Positions 46,181 to 56,700 of a DNA stretch of 64,000 bases are shown here, piece by piece. Within the stretch, counting starts at the first letter, position 1; the number at the start of each line of letters is the position of its first letter. Made by a program: the position numbers and the translations under genes. The notes under the pieces were generated by a model. That model saw only the letters and a list, made by a program, of their open reading frames with translations. It was not told the origin of the DNA and ran no database searches. The DNA comes from Candidatus Omnitrophota bacterium (GTDB taxonomy: Bacteria > Omnitrophota > Gorgyraeia > Zapsychrales > Fredricksoniimonadaceae), in NCBI GenBank assembly GCA_903944345.1, contig CAJARJ010000021.1, forward strand, positions 5,528-69,527. Direction: 5' to 3'.

Positions 46181-47466
46181 AAATTGCCCTGGTTTCCGAT
46201 GTGCATGCCAACCTCCCGGCGCTTGAGGCGGTCATAGCGCATGCGCGTGCGCGCGGGGCGGAAGAGTTCTGGAGCCTCGGAGATATTGTCGGCTGCGGCC
46301 CTTTTCCTGATGAATGTGCCCGTTTGCTTTCAGATGCTTTTCGTTATAGTGTGCAGGGCAATCACGATGTGCGGGCGCTACCTTTCTGGCGGGATCGGCG
46401 TAAGGAGAAAGAGGCCAGAGATCCGGACAAGGCCACGCTTGTCGAATGGACCAGGACGAATTGTTCCCGCAAAACACGGGCCTATCTGCAGGGCCTTCCT
46501 CCAGTCATGACGGTTGTTGTGCGAGGGCACAAAATTCAGCTGACGCATTCTCTGCCAGAAGAGCCGTGGGGTCAGCTTTTGCAGGGCACCGAGCTTGTCC
46601 TTTCTGGGCATACCCACGGTGCCAGTGACCGGAGGATGAGGGGTATTCGTTGCATTAATCCTGGGACAGCGGGATCTGCTTTCGACGGGGACCCGCGTGC
46701 TGCTTATGCACTGCTGGAAATTGACGATCAGAGGGTGGATGTTGTTTTTGAACGGGTCGCTTACGACTGTGCGCGAGTGGAGCGGGCAATGAAAGAACAC
46801 GGTTTTCCGGTCCGCAGTATTCGGGCGTTTTCTGCTGCCCGCAGCCTTGACGGGCTGGATCGTCAGGAGATGTCTGTTCTGGTCTGCGAACTTCCGGACC
46901 GGGCCGAGCAGATCGGTCTGCGCGAGTCCTTTGACCGGGGCCATGCGCTTAAGGTTTGTCAGTTGGCCCTGAAGCTTTTCGATGGGCTTTCCGCTTACCA
47001 TGGCTTTGGTGTTCGGGAACGTCTTTTGTTGCAAAGCGCGGCGATCTTACATGATTCGGGTTTTAACCGGAACCCTCGTGCTCATCATAAAATCGCGCGG
47101 GATATAATTCTTTGTGACCGGACTTTGCCTTTAACCTGGAAAGAGCGGGTTGTTGCGGCTCTGGTAGCTCGATATCATCGACGCGCCTTGCCGGATCTTC
47201 GGCACCGTTATTACGGGGTTATCGGGCCTGCCCGCAGGCGCGTGGTTGATGTTCTGGGAGGGATTCTGCGGATGGCTGACGGAATGGATCGCCTGCATCT
47301 TGGAGAAGTTCACGATATTGCTCTGGATGTTTTTGCGCGTCGACTTGAAGTGACCCTGCTGAGCGAGATGCCGGTACCTGAATCAGAGCGCGGTGCCGGG
47401 CAGAAATCTGATCTATTGTCTCGTGCCTTGAACCGGATAATCCGTGTCAGGCACAAATTCCTTTAG
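46177..47466 (+). CDS. Metallophosphoesterase (calcineurin-like) fused to a Ppx/GppA-C-terminal-like HD domain
   Basis: Start at the internal ATG at 46177, which overlaps the CHAD stop (ATGA). MPP motifs MKIALVSDVHAN, SLGDIVG, GNHD and SGHTHG; C-terminal ~170 aa (HALKVCQLALKLFD...AAILHDSGFNRNPRAHHKIARDII) resembles the helical HD-type domain of Ppx/GppA. Confidence 0.65.
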   Translation: MKIALVSDVHANLPALEAVIAHARARGAEEFWSLGDIVGCGPFPDECARLLSDAFRYSVQGNHDVRALPFWRDRRKEKEARDPDKATLVEWTRTNCSRKTRAYLQGLPPVMTVVVRGHKIQLTHSLPEEPWGQLLQGTELVLSGHTHGASDRRMRGIRCINPGTAGSAFDGDPRAAYALLEIDDQRVDVVFERVAYDCARVERAMKEHGFPVRSIRAFSAARSLDGLDRQEMSVLVCELPDRAEQIGLRESFDRGHALKVCQLALKLFDGLSAYHGFGVRERLLLQSAAILHDSGFNRNPRAHHKIARDIILCDRTLPLTWKERVVAALVARYHRRALPDLRHRYYGVIGPARRRVVDVLGGILRMADGMDRLHLGEVHDIALDVFARRLEVTLLSEMPVPESERGAGQKSDLLSRALNRIIRVRHKFL

Positions 47467-47502
47467 CCGCAGTGTCCGGGATTCCTGCAACAACAGAAAC
47501 TT

Positions 47503-48825
47503 CTAGAGAACAAAAACAATTGTTTTGCGGTCAGAGTTTTTGTTGTACGCCGCCAGGGCCCGGCGCAGGGGCAGAATGCAGAAAGAAATTTTTTTCTTTC
47601 TAAGCAGGCGCAGCCCTTTGGGAGAAAACGCGGTACGAACACCCGGGGCACAGGCAATATAAAGACTGTCCGGGCCTTTTTTGCAGAGCCAGGCCAGATT
47701 TTTGTCATTAATAATCTGCCGCAGGCATTCTTGCGGCTGTTTGATTTTTCCGTCAGCCCGGACGAGGGTTGTACTGGCAAAAGGTTTGCCGTCAATCCGG
47801 ATAGAGCCCTCTGTTGAAATTTTTATCTGGGGATAGCTTAGAGTAGCCAGACGAGTATGTCCGGCATTCTGCAGGGCGATAGCGACCGCACCCAGCATGA
47901 CAGCGTCGTCTCCCAGGCGTGCCGAGATGACGCGGGGAGGGGGCAGTTTTTTGAAGAAAGGGTCGGCTTTAAGAGCTTTTTCAACGCGCGCAAGAATAAA
48001 GTCTCCGCAGGCCTCGATCAGGCCTCCGCCAAACAGAAATATATCAGGATTAAAAAGATGGTTGAGAGATACACAGCTGTAAGCCAGAGACTGTGCGGCG
48101 GCGTCCATGATCCTGGTGACCAAAGGATCTTTTAACTGCAGGGCGCGGGCCAAGGCGCTGCTTTTGATGCGTTCAAGATTGCGGTCGGCCAGTTCAGTAA
48201 TGAGGGAGTGTTCGCCTTTTTTGATGGCCGCACGTATATCGCGTTCTATGGCCCAGCGGCCAGCCAGAGCTTCCAGGCAGCCGCGATTGCCGCAGGAACA
48301 TTCCGGACCCAGCGGGTCTACGGTCATATGCCCGAGTTCTGCAGCGGCGCCCTGGCTGCCGGTCATCAGTTTTCCGTTAATGACAATACCGCCACCAATT
48401 CCTGTTCCAGGGAAGATGCCGACGATTGAGGAAGCTTTGCGTCCGGCACCCAGCCATTGTTCACCCAGGACACCGAGGTTCACGTCGTTGCCGATCGAAA
48501 CCCGGAGGTGCAGGCGTTTTTCAAGGATATTTTTAAGATCGGATTTTTCCAGATTAAGATTGGGTGTGGCCAGTACTCGTCCGGCATTATCGACAATACC
48601 GGGTATAGCCAGACCGATGCCGGCGAGTTCCGAAGTTTTTTGGCCAGATTCCAGTAAAAGGGTTTTGACGATTTTGTCTATTAGGGCACAAATTTCTTTG
48701 GCTCCGGCTTTGGGCGGTGTCGCCAGTTTGTGCTGGCAGAGAATAACTCCTGCGGGAGTCACCAGCCCGCCAAGAATTTTTGTGCCGCCGACATCGATAC
48801 CTATGAAGTTTTTTTCATTTAGCAT
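47503..48825 (-). CDS. ROK-family glucokinase with a ~120-aa C-terminal extension
   Basis: FIGIDVGGTKI ATP-binding start; ROK zinc motif CSCGNRGCLEA; GIGGGIVING block. Residues ~325-440 fall outside the normal ROK length. Confidence 0.8.
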   Translation of the reverse strand: MLNEKNFIGIDVGGTKILGGLVTPAGVILCQHKLATPPKAGAKEICALIDKIVKTLLLESGQKTSELAGIGLAIPGIVDNAGRVLATPNLNLEKSDLKNILEKRLHLRVSIGNDVNLGVLGEQWLGAGRKASSIVGIFPGTGIGGGIVINGKLMTGSQGAAAELGHMTVDPLGPECSCGNRGCLEALAGRWAIERDIRAAIKKGEHSLITELADRNLERIKSSALARALQLKDPLVTRIMDAAAQSLAYSCVSLNHLFNPDIFLFGGGLIEACGDFILARVEKALKADPFFKKLPPPRVISARLGDDAVMLGAVAIALQNAGHTRLATLSYPQIKISTEGSIRIDGKPFASTTLVRADGKIKQPQECLRQIINDKNLAWLCKKGPDSLYIACAPGVRTAFSPKGLRLLRKKKISFCILPLRRALAAYNKNSDRKTIVFVL

Positions 48826-49293
48826 GGAGGTATTGTGTCATAAAAAGATTCGGGAGTCAAAACGACAGATATACTTTTTTGCTGGATATTCTGGAAGGTG
48901 GGCGTTCGGGGCAGGATTCCTGCAGTGTTCCACTGTCTGGTTTTCATTTGTTTTATGTTCTATACTTCAATCCAGCAGGAGGATGTGGGCACAACGTATT
49001 TGGGATTTGTTATTTTATTCCAGGCGGATTTTTAGTGGGCTGTCAGAGCCCTCCCAAAGACGAATCCACCAAGTTGATAAAAATCCTCCTTGCATCTCTG
49101 GCGGCCCTTTTCTAATTGCGATTGTGCATTAGCTGGTCAATCTTTAAGCGGCCTTAAGCACGCAAGAGTTCAGACGGAGTCAACTCAGCCTTCCTGAATA
49201 TTCAACTTAGTGGTCAGATCTGGATTTTCATTTTTTATGAAAGGTCCGGATTAAATTGTATTTAAGGGCTTTATTTCTATTTATTTCGCTTAT

Positions 49294-49322
49294 TTGACAT
49301 ACAACGCAATAGGTGTTATTTT
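49294..49322 (+). promoter_or_regulatory. Candidate sigma70-like promoter in the 570-nt AT-rich divergent intergenic region
   Basis: TTGACA (49294-49299), 17-nt spacer, TATTTT (49317-49322). The -10 is weak. Confidence 0.2.
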
Positions 49323-49394
49323 TTACAGTGTTGTTTTGGGTTCGGGTTTCATGTTAAATCAAAACTTATAAACAGTTCTGAAAGGTTTGCTGAT

Positions 49395-52300
49395 ATGGCT
49401 AAGCGTTTTCTTTTATTCCGCAGGGTCACGGCAGTTGTGGTTCTAGGATCTTTTTTACTTTCCAGTCTTTTCCCTTCCGATCTGGTGGCTCAGCAGCTTG
49501 CGGCAGGCCTGCCGGGGGTATCAGATCTCCCCGCTCCTGGCGCGATGGTTGCGCTCAGTGGTCCGGGGCAGGATGTTCTGTTAAACGGGTTACATGTCGA
49601 TTCTTTTGACCCTTTCAAATTCCAGTTTATTGCCGACCGTCGACCCGCTTCTATGGGCGATCGTTCTTATGAAGCGGAGATAAACAAAAGTATCCGATAT
49701 TTTCTTGCCACTCTGGTTTTTCCGGAAACGTCTATTTGGGTAAACTTGTCTCCTTATGAAAAAGACAGGATGCTGGATCCTGGTGTTAGCGAAACTGTGC
49801 TTGGGGAAGGGCTTGTTCGTCAGGATTATTTGTTGAAACAGATGGTGTCCAGCCTGTTGCACCCCGACATGGACCTTGGTCGGAGTTTCTGGAGCCAGGT
49901 GTATTCGCAAATGGGGGAGAAATACGGAACAACGGAAGTTCCAGTGGAAACTTTTAATAAAGTCTGGATCGTGGCGGACTATGCGACGGTATATGAAGAC
50001 CAGGGCACAGCCTATATCAAGAATTCCAGGCTGAAGGTTCTGACTGATGTTGATTACCAGGCATACAAAGCTGGATCTACGGAGTTGCACCAGCAAGATG
50101 CGTCTTTGCCCAGTCTGGTGGCAACGGATGCAATTCGGGAGGTGATTATCCCGATTTTGGAAAAGGAAGTTAATACCGGGGCGAATTTTGCTAATTTACG
50201 TCAAATTTTCCATGGGTTTATTCTGGCGTCCTGGTACAAGAAATCTTTGAAGAATTCATTGCTCGGTCAGCATTATGCCGATCATGGATTAACCGGGGGT
50301 GTAGAGGCTGCCGATGCCCGGATTGCAGAGAAAGTTTATGCCCGTTATCTGGAGGCTTTTCGTACTGGCGTGTTTAACCTGATCCGGGAAGACCGGGTGG
50401 CAGATGAAATCGTTCCGAGAAAGTATTTCTCGGGTGGAGTCGGGTTCGTTGATGCGGCTCGGTATGAAAGAATGCCGGAGCAATTTGTACCGGCAGCGCA
50501 GGCTGTTATTGATACGGAGGTTTTGCCTATAAACGCAGAAAAGGTTCCTTCTGATGAAATTGTAGGGACTGATTCCGACATTACCCGGGAGGACGCGGCC
50601 CAGATAACGGCTGTTGCAAATACAGGTTCAGTCCAGGAGTTGTCTTCTTTTAATTTCCTGAAGGTTTCCGAAGCTTTTGGGGCTAAAGCATCTGCAGTCG
50701 ATTCAAAGGTTATGCAGGAGCTAGTTAGCGATCAAGACCGGGAAGTTCTTCCGGGTATTGGTCAGGTGTCAGTCATGGTTGTTGCAGATGAGAATAAAGG
50801 AGACTTGCCGCTGGGATTTGCCCTTGATTCGCAAACAAAGACAATTTATGTGTCTGCGGATTACCTGTCCAGGGTTCGCTCAGGTGGCGATTTGTCAGAC
50901 AATAAATTTGTTTTGAGAAAAGCGTATGCAGTGTTGCACGGTGGGTCAAGAGAGGGAATCGGTTCTATTTATGCTGATGTCCGTTCCGGGCTTGCTCACG
51001 AGCAAGAGATCGTTCAAACCACGTTTGATGAGTTCTCCCGGGACATGGTGGTTAGTGATGATCCCGCCCGTACCGAGGAGTATTACCGGGCCTTGGCCGG
51101 ACAGGTATCCGGTTTGGAGAAAGAGAAGCTGGATGTTGTTTTGCCGTCCATGGAAATGGTCAGGGGTATGGGGAGGTTGCGAACGGATTTTAAGCGCATG
51201 CTTTATGATATTACAGAAAACAGGCTGGATGGCATTACCCGGGCGACGACAGAACAATTTGAAATTGCCCCGGAAGAGCTTGGACAATACTCTTCGGTGG
51301 CATTTATTGCTACAAAGTTGGCGCCGCCAACGGTCGTTCACAAGCTTTTGCAGACGGCATTGTCAGCTTATTTTGGCACGGACATTTCAGTTATTGATGT
51401 GACGGCTCTTGATTCGCGAAAGCCATCTGTTCAATGGACGCATGCGACGAGAAAACGCCTGGCAGCCCTTACCCTGGAACCGTTAAAAGCATTTGTCAAG
51501 ATGATCAGAGTGCAGGAACCTGAACTGCAAGGTTTCAATGGGGAGCCGATGTCGTTCAAGTTGCTGGCGCGTTTGCGCACGGCGGGACAACAAACGGGCA
51601 AGATGATCAAAAAATATGTCTATCAGGCCGGCTCGGATCACGCCGGAGTTGCTGGCATAAAGGGTGTCCGGGATCTTATTGGGATGGTGACTTATGAGAG
51701 TGCGGCCCAATTTCGGGACGGGATTGCGCCGATTGAGGAAAATCCGGCAGCTTATCAGGATTTGATTGCATCTATCCTGGTGCTCGCAGGACCTTCGATA
51801 AATATAGATAGTGAGACGGGGTTGTTGAAGGAAGGGCAGGCGCTGCCGCCACTTGTTCAGTACCTGGCAGCACATCCTGACAGCATGGCGGCCAGGATTG
51901 ATAAGGAACGGAATCGTCTTCTGGAGCAAGTTGGCGTTACATCATATTATCTGGAGCCTGGTGAGCTTTTAGATATCTTACGTCAGTTGGCGGCAGATTC
52001 CGGACTGGCCAGACAGGTGCTCAGCGAGATTGCCTCAGAGTTGCAGGTGGTTTATACAGACGCCAAGGAAGCAATAATTCAGATATCGGCGATGATAAAC
52101 ACGAAGAATGAAAAGCGTGTGCGTACAGCTTTGGAGAATGCCTTGACGCACCAGTTGGATAACAAGGAATTACTGCAGTCTATCGGTGATTTCGATATTG
52201 ATCAATTGCTGGACGAGAGGACAAGAGTGATTGCGCGCAATATTGTTGCCGGGACAGTGGATGTTTCCGGCTTGGATTATCGCAGATTGAACCGGAACCT

Positions 52301-53663
52301 ATTACGGGTCTATTTTGGGCAGGCGGGAAGAAATCTGACATATAGCTATATTGGGCGTCCAAAGATGTTCTGGACGGAAGGCGAGATCAGGAATCATGCC
52401 AGAAAAATAGGTAATGAGTCCGGTATGAACGCGACAGTACAACAGCATAAAAGAAGACGGGATATTGTTGGCCTTATTCTGGAAACGCCCGCAGAGAAGC
52501 TGTCCGCAGCTTTGGCGGGAAAAAGAGAGCAAGGCAATATTATTGATCTTCCTTACATCGATACGGTGGGGCTTCTGTATATGCTGCAACGCAGCAATCC
52601 GGACACACAGATTGTTTTTGCTCACACGGTTCGTCCGGATGCTATGCGAGTCGATATTTTACGGGATTATATTATTAATGAAAGACTGCTTAGTGTTGCC
52701 AATGTTCCTCTGGCCGAGGTGCCTGTTGCCGCAACCTGGACCCGGCATGCCATGTTAAGGCGACTGTTGGAGCATACCGGAATAGTTGAGGCTGAGCAGC
52801 TGGCCGGTTTCAGATCAGGATCCGAGTGGGATCCGGAGAATATCCGGGGTGTCTGGGAGCGTGTAGGAAACGGTTTCGTGCGATTAAAAGATGCCTATCT
52901 GACGGCCACGAAAGAAGAAGTGTCGTCGTATTTCGATGGGGATGTTGAGAGTGTCTGGCCGGTTATTGCTGAAGCCCGGTTGCGAGGGAAAACAACAATT
53001 GATCTGGGATTGCTGGCCTCAGCGGGAGATATTCATACAGCTACGGCTGTTTTGTCGGAACCCGAAACGATGAGGACAATATTGGCCGGGGCTGAACAGG
53101 GCCTGCCTGCGTTCTTTCCTTCTTTGTGGGATTCCCGGTTGAAAGAAATAGCTGATGTGATAAGCCGGAAAGTTTCTGAAACATACTCTATCGGGCTGGA
53201 AGTAATTCTAACGCCTCCTGTTGTAAGTGGCGAGAAGTTTGATGCGGGAAAAACCAGGCTGGTTTTTTATGATGATGGTAAACCGGTTGGACGGATGAGT
53301 TTTGATGTGAGGTTTTCTTTTAGTCGGGATGGACAAATAGAGACCGTGCCTGAAGTAAGTACTTTTGAGTTAGATGAGTCCGCTCGAGCAAAGATCCGGG
53401 ATGTGGATGCGTTTAAACAGAGAATTGCCAGTGTTTTTGCGGGAAAAGAATGGGCCGATGCCAGTATGGCGGCCCCGGGTGGTGTGGATCTTGGAAATCG
53501 TGATTTCCAAATGAATATCGAGGCCGGCAGACAGTCGCCTGAGATTACGGATACTGCGATGGAAGCTGTTCTTGTCCGCGATGATTTCGCCGGGTTGAGT
53601 TTCCGGGTTCTGGGTATTTCAACTCTTGCAGAGACCCCTTTGTCTATGGCTATAGGTAGATAA
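49395..53663 (+). CDS. Giant signal-peptide protein (1422 aa), function unknown; paralog of the downstream gene
   Basis: Signal peptide VTAVVVLGSFLLSSLFPSDLVAQQ. The N-terminal ~350 aa are colinear with the downstream paralog (VNLSP..., K/RVWIV, ILA(S/D)WYKK, GVFN(L/F)(I/V)RE(D/E), PRKYFSGG). Confidence 0.7.
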   Translation: MAKRFLLFRRVTAVVVLGSFLLSSLFPSDLVAQQLAAGLPGVSDLPAPGAMVALSGPGQDVLLNGLHVDSFDPFKFQFIADRRPASMGDRSYEAEINKSIRYFLATLVFPETSIWVNLSPYEKDRMLDPGVSETVLGEGLVRQDYLLKQMVSSLLHPDMDLGRSFWSQVYSQMGEKYGTTEVPVETFNKVWIVADYATVYEDQGTAYIKNSRLKVLTDVDYQAYKAGSTELHQQDASLPSLVATDAIREVIIPILEKEVNTGANFANLRQIFHGFILASWYKKSLKNSLLGQHYADHGLTGGVEAADARIAEKVYARYLEAFRTGVFNLIREDRVADEIVPRKYFSGGVGFVDAARYERMPEQFVPAAQAVIDTEVLPINAEKVPSDEIVGTDSDITREDAAQITAVANTGSVQELSSFNFLKVSEAFGAKASAVDSKVMQELVSDQDREVLPGIGQVSVMVVADENKGDLPLGFALDSQTKTIYVSADYLSRVRSGGDLSDNKFVLRKAYAVLHGGSREGIGSIYADVRSGLAHEQEIVQTTFDEFSRDMVVSDDPARTEEYYRALAGQVSGLEKEKLDVVLPSMEMVRGMGRLRTDFKRMLYDITENRLDGITRATTEQFEIAPEELGQYSSVAFIATKLAPPTVVHKLLQTALSAYFGTDISVIDVTALDSRKPSVQWTHATRKRLAALTLEPLKAFVKMIRVQEPELQGFNGEPMSFKLLARLRTAGQQTGKMIKKYVYQAGSDHAGVAGIKGVRDLIGMVTYESAAQFRDGIAPIEENPAAYQDLIASILVLAGPSINIDSETGLLKEGQALPPLVQYLAAHPDSMAARIDKERNRLLEQVGVTSYYLEPGELLDILRQLAADSGLARQVLSEIASELQVVYTDAKEAIIQISAMINTKNEKRVRTALENALTHQLDNKELLQSIGDFDIDQLLDERTRVIARNIVAGTVDVSGLDYRRLNRNLLRVYFGQAGRNLTYSYIGRPKMFWTEGEIRNHARKIGNESGMNATVQQHKRRRDIVGLILETPAEKLSAALAGKREQGNIIDLPYIDTVGLLYMLQRSNPDTQIVFAHTVRPDAMRVDILRDYIINERLLSVANVPLAEVPVAATWTRHAMLRRLLEHTGIVEAEQLAGFRSGSEWDPENIRGVWERVGNGFVRLKDAYLTATKEEVSSYFDGDVESVWPVIAEARLRGKTTIDLGLLASAGDIHTATAVLSEPETMRTILAGAEQGLPAFFPSLWDSRLKEIADVISRKVSETYSIGLEVILTPPVVSGEKFDAGKTRLVFYDDGKPVGRMSFDVRFSFSRDGQIETVPEVSTFELDESARAKIRDVDAFKQRIASVFAGKEWADASMAAPGGVDLGNRDFQMNIEAGRQSPEITDTAMEAVLVRDDFAGLSFRVLGISTLAETPLSMAIGR

Positions 53664-53738
53664 TCCTAAAGCAGGACCCCATGGGGGGCTTTGTTTCGTG
53701 GGGCAGAGATCCGGGCTAACACACAGTCGGGAATATGT

Positions 53739-56700
53739 ATGGGGCGTAGACTAGCGGCATCGTTGCTGGTATTAGTTCTTCTTTTCGAGAACGGGTTGAC
53801 CCAGGCTCAGGGTTTGTATTGGCTTCCCGCTCCGAACAGAATGATCCTTCCAGGAGCTCCTTTTGCCCCCTCTCTTTTTCAGGGCCTGCGGCTAGAGGCT
53901 TCCGATCCGCTTAATTTTCAGTTTTTGCTGGAGGATGGAGAATCTTCAGCGGATCATTCCGAGATTGAGCGTATGCTGCGGTATTTTATGGCTGCTTTGG
54001 CTCTGCCGCAGAAAGATGTCTGGGTGAATCTCTCTCCCGGAGAGAGTCGACGTGTGGCTCCTCAGGCACTGGCTCTTACCGAAATTGGCCGTGAGTTGCT
54101 GGGGCAGGATTATGTGCTCAAGCAGCTGGCAGCATCATTGCTCTTTCCCGAAAGTGAGGGGGGTCGGGCTTTCTGGGAGAATGTTTACCGGCAAGCCTGG
54201 ATCCGGTTTGGCACGGTGGATATACCACTAGAAACTCAAAGCCGTGTTTGGATCGTCCCAGGCGAGATTTCACTTTATCAACAAAAAGGTGTTGTGCTTG
54301 TTGCTTCAGCGCGTTTACAGGTTTTAGCGGAGGATGATTACCTGCGCTTTAAAGATGGAAAGCCAGAAGGTTCGGGGCAGTCGGATATTCGACGGCTTGT
54401 TAGCGATGTTTTTCGCCAAATGATTTTGCCCGAGTTAGAGCGGGAGGTGAATTCAGGCCCTGCTTTCTCTCGTTTACGGCAGGTTTATTATGCCTTGATT
54501 CTGGCGGACTGGTACAAGAAAAATTTCCAGATGATTTCGGGCTTATCTTCTTATGTAGATCAGGGGCGATTGGCGGGGTTGGCCACGGAGAGTCCGCATT
54601 TGCGTGAGCAGGTCTGGGGTCAGTATATGCAGGCGTATCAGATCGGTGTTTTTAATTTTGTGCGTGAAGAGTCCTCTCCGGATGGCGGGCAGATTCCTCG
54701 TAAATATTTTTCGGGAGGGATTTCTCTGGATGTTGCGGCTAATGCCGAAGTAACAGATTCCAGAGAGCTTCCCCGTTACGCGCGCCCACTTCGGTTGGTT
54801 AATGTGCAGGCTGTTGACCGGGCCCAGGTCCCGGAAGAGTATTTGTCAGCCGATCCGCGCAGTGCCGGCAACAAGGGGAGAAATCTACAGGCTTTGGATT
54901 CGCTTCTGCCGGATATCGTACCGCCTTTTCTGGTGATTTCCGGTCATCTTTACAGTGCGGCCACAGGAGATCCGCAAATGGTTGCGCTGGTGTGTGCGAA
55001 AGTTCTTGAAAGGCTGGAAAGAGTGTTGCGCTCTGGAGCCACTCTGGCGGTTCGACCGGCGGGTTATATTAATATGCCCGGGATTTTGCCTACTATAAAG
55101 CAGGTCAGGACCCATCAGGAGCTTGTGCAGGCAGTATGGGACATATACAAGGCATGGGAAATGCCGGAGGTTCGCGCCTATCTTTCTACCGAGACCGCCC
55201 GGCTTGAGGCCGCACTTGCGATAGACAAGAAATTCCCGGTTGACATTGGGCCGGCGATTGTAGTTCAGCAGGAAGTTTTCTCGGATCGGGGCGCGTATAG
55301 CGGTAGCGGTGTTTTTGTATCCAGAAATATCAAGAGCGGGGATTTTCATGTTTCGGGTTCATTAGGGATCAATGTAGTTCCGGAGGATATTCGTAACGGC
55401 AGCGTGCGGTCCCTCTTGAATCTGGGCCCTTCTGTGGATGAGCAATTCCCTTCATTTTCTCAAGATGGGGGAGCAGGTTTTTATGCGACACTTGAGAGTG
55501 CGGCCCGTAAATTGGAGAAGGCTTATCATTTTCCGGTGGAGGTGGAGTTTGTTGTGGAGCGTGGTAAGCTTTGGGTTCTTCAGGTTAATCATCAGGACAT
55601 CCCTGCGACAGTTGGAAGTCAGATATTGACCCGAATGGTTTCCGAGGGCATTCTAAGCCGTGCGGGTACGGTGCGGGAACGTGTGCGCATGATTCGCCAG
55701 CGTGTTGGCAAGATAAGATCAGGGGTCAATCTTGAGCCTTTGCTGGAAAATGTCAGAGGACTTTCTGTTGGTGCCGTCGATGGCGTGTTGTCTTTCAGCG
55801 TGCCGGAAGCCAAACAGATGCGCGCCCTCGGACAAAAGGTTATTCTGCTTTCTCTTGAGCCTGATCTACCCGGTGTGACTCAAGCCTTGATTGACGCGCA
55901 GATAGATGGTTTTGTGACGATGTATGGCGATTATCATATGCATAATGCCCGGTTGGCCCGTAATCGGCTTATTCCCGGACTTTCTCTTGTGGGGACATCG
56001 GCACGCATTGTTGCCGGAGTGTCGGCCCCCCGATTGCAGATCGGATCCCGGACGTATTCAGCCGGGGATCGGCTGGTAGTCAATGCAGAAGATTTTAATC
56101 GTGATGGAGAGGTTTTTCATTCCGGAGGGCTTTTTGTCAACGACCAGGAAGAGAGTGTTATTGACTATCATGAGGAAGCGGTAAATTATCTGGATTTTGA
56201 TGAACAGCAGGTGCGACAACAGGTGCGTCAACGTTTTGTGGGTCAAGACTATCAGGTTCTGACTGCTTTACACGCATTGCTGAAAGCCTATCTTTTTCTT
56301 AAGGTTGATCCGCAGGATTTTACGGTGGATCAGCTTGAGATCGCCACCAATGAACTGCATCAGATACTTGATGAAGCTTACAGAGAGGGAGAGCAGGTGG
56401 CGGAATCAGCCGATTATAATGGTGCGCGCGAGGCGGTCTTTGTGCCGATTGTGGAGGGGTTTGGAGATTCCTTTCCTTTTCCGGAGATGCGTACGCTCGG
56501 GGATCTTGAAAAAGGTTGGGAGCTTATGGCGTATTTTGTTGAGCGATATCGCGCGATGCCGCCGGCACGGATCGATTATTTTAATTATTCATCCGAGCGC
56601 CCCAATCTGGTTGCTGAAAGCTTATCTATTCCACTAAGTTTTTCTGTTTTGTTCAACGACCCTGAGCATATTAACTGGACGTATGAGAATGCGCAATTGT

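Noticed and set aside
48107-49132. 341-aa plus-strand ORF
   Set aside because: Antisense to the ROK glucokinase; Arg/Ser/Pro-rich low-complexity translation typical of GC-rich antisense frames.
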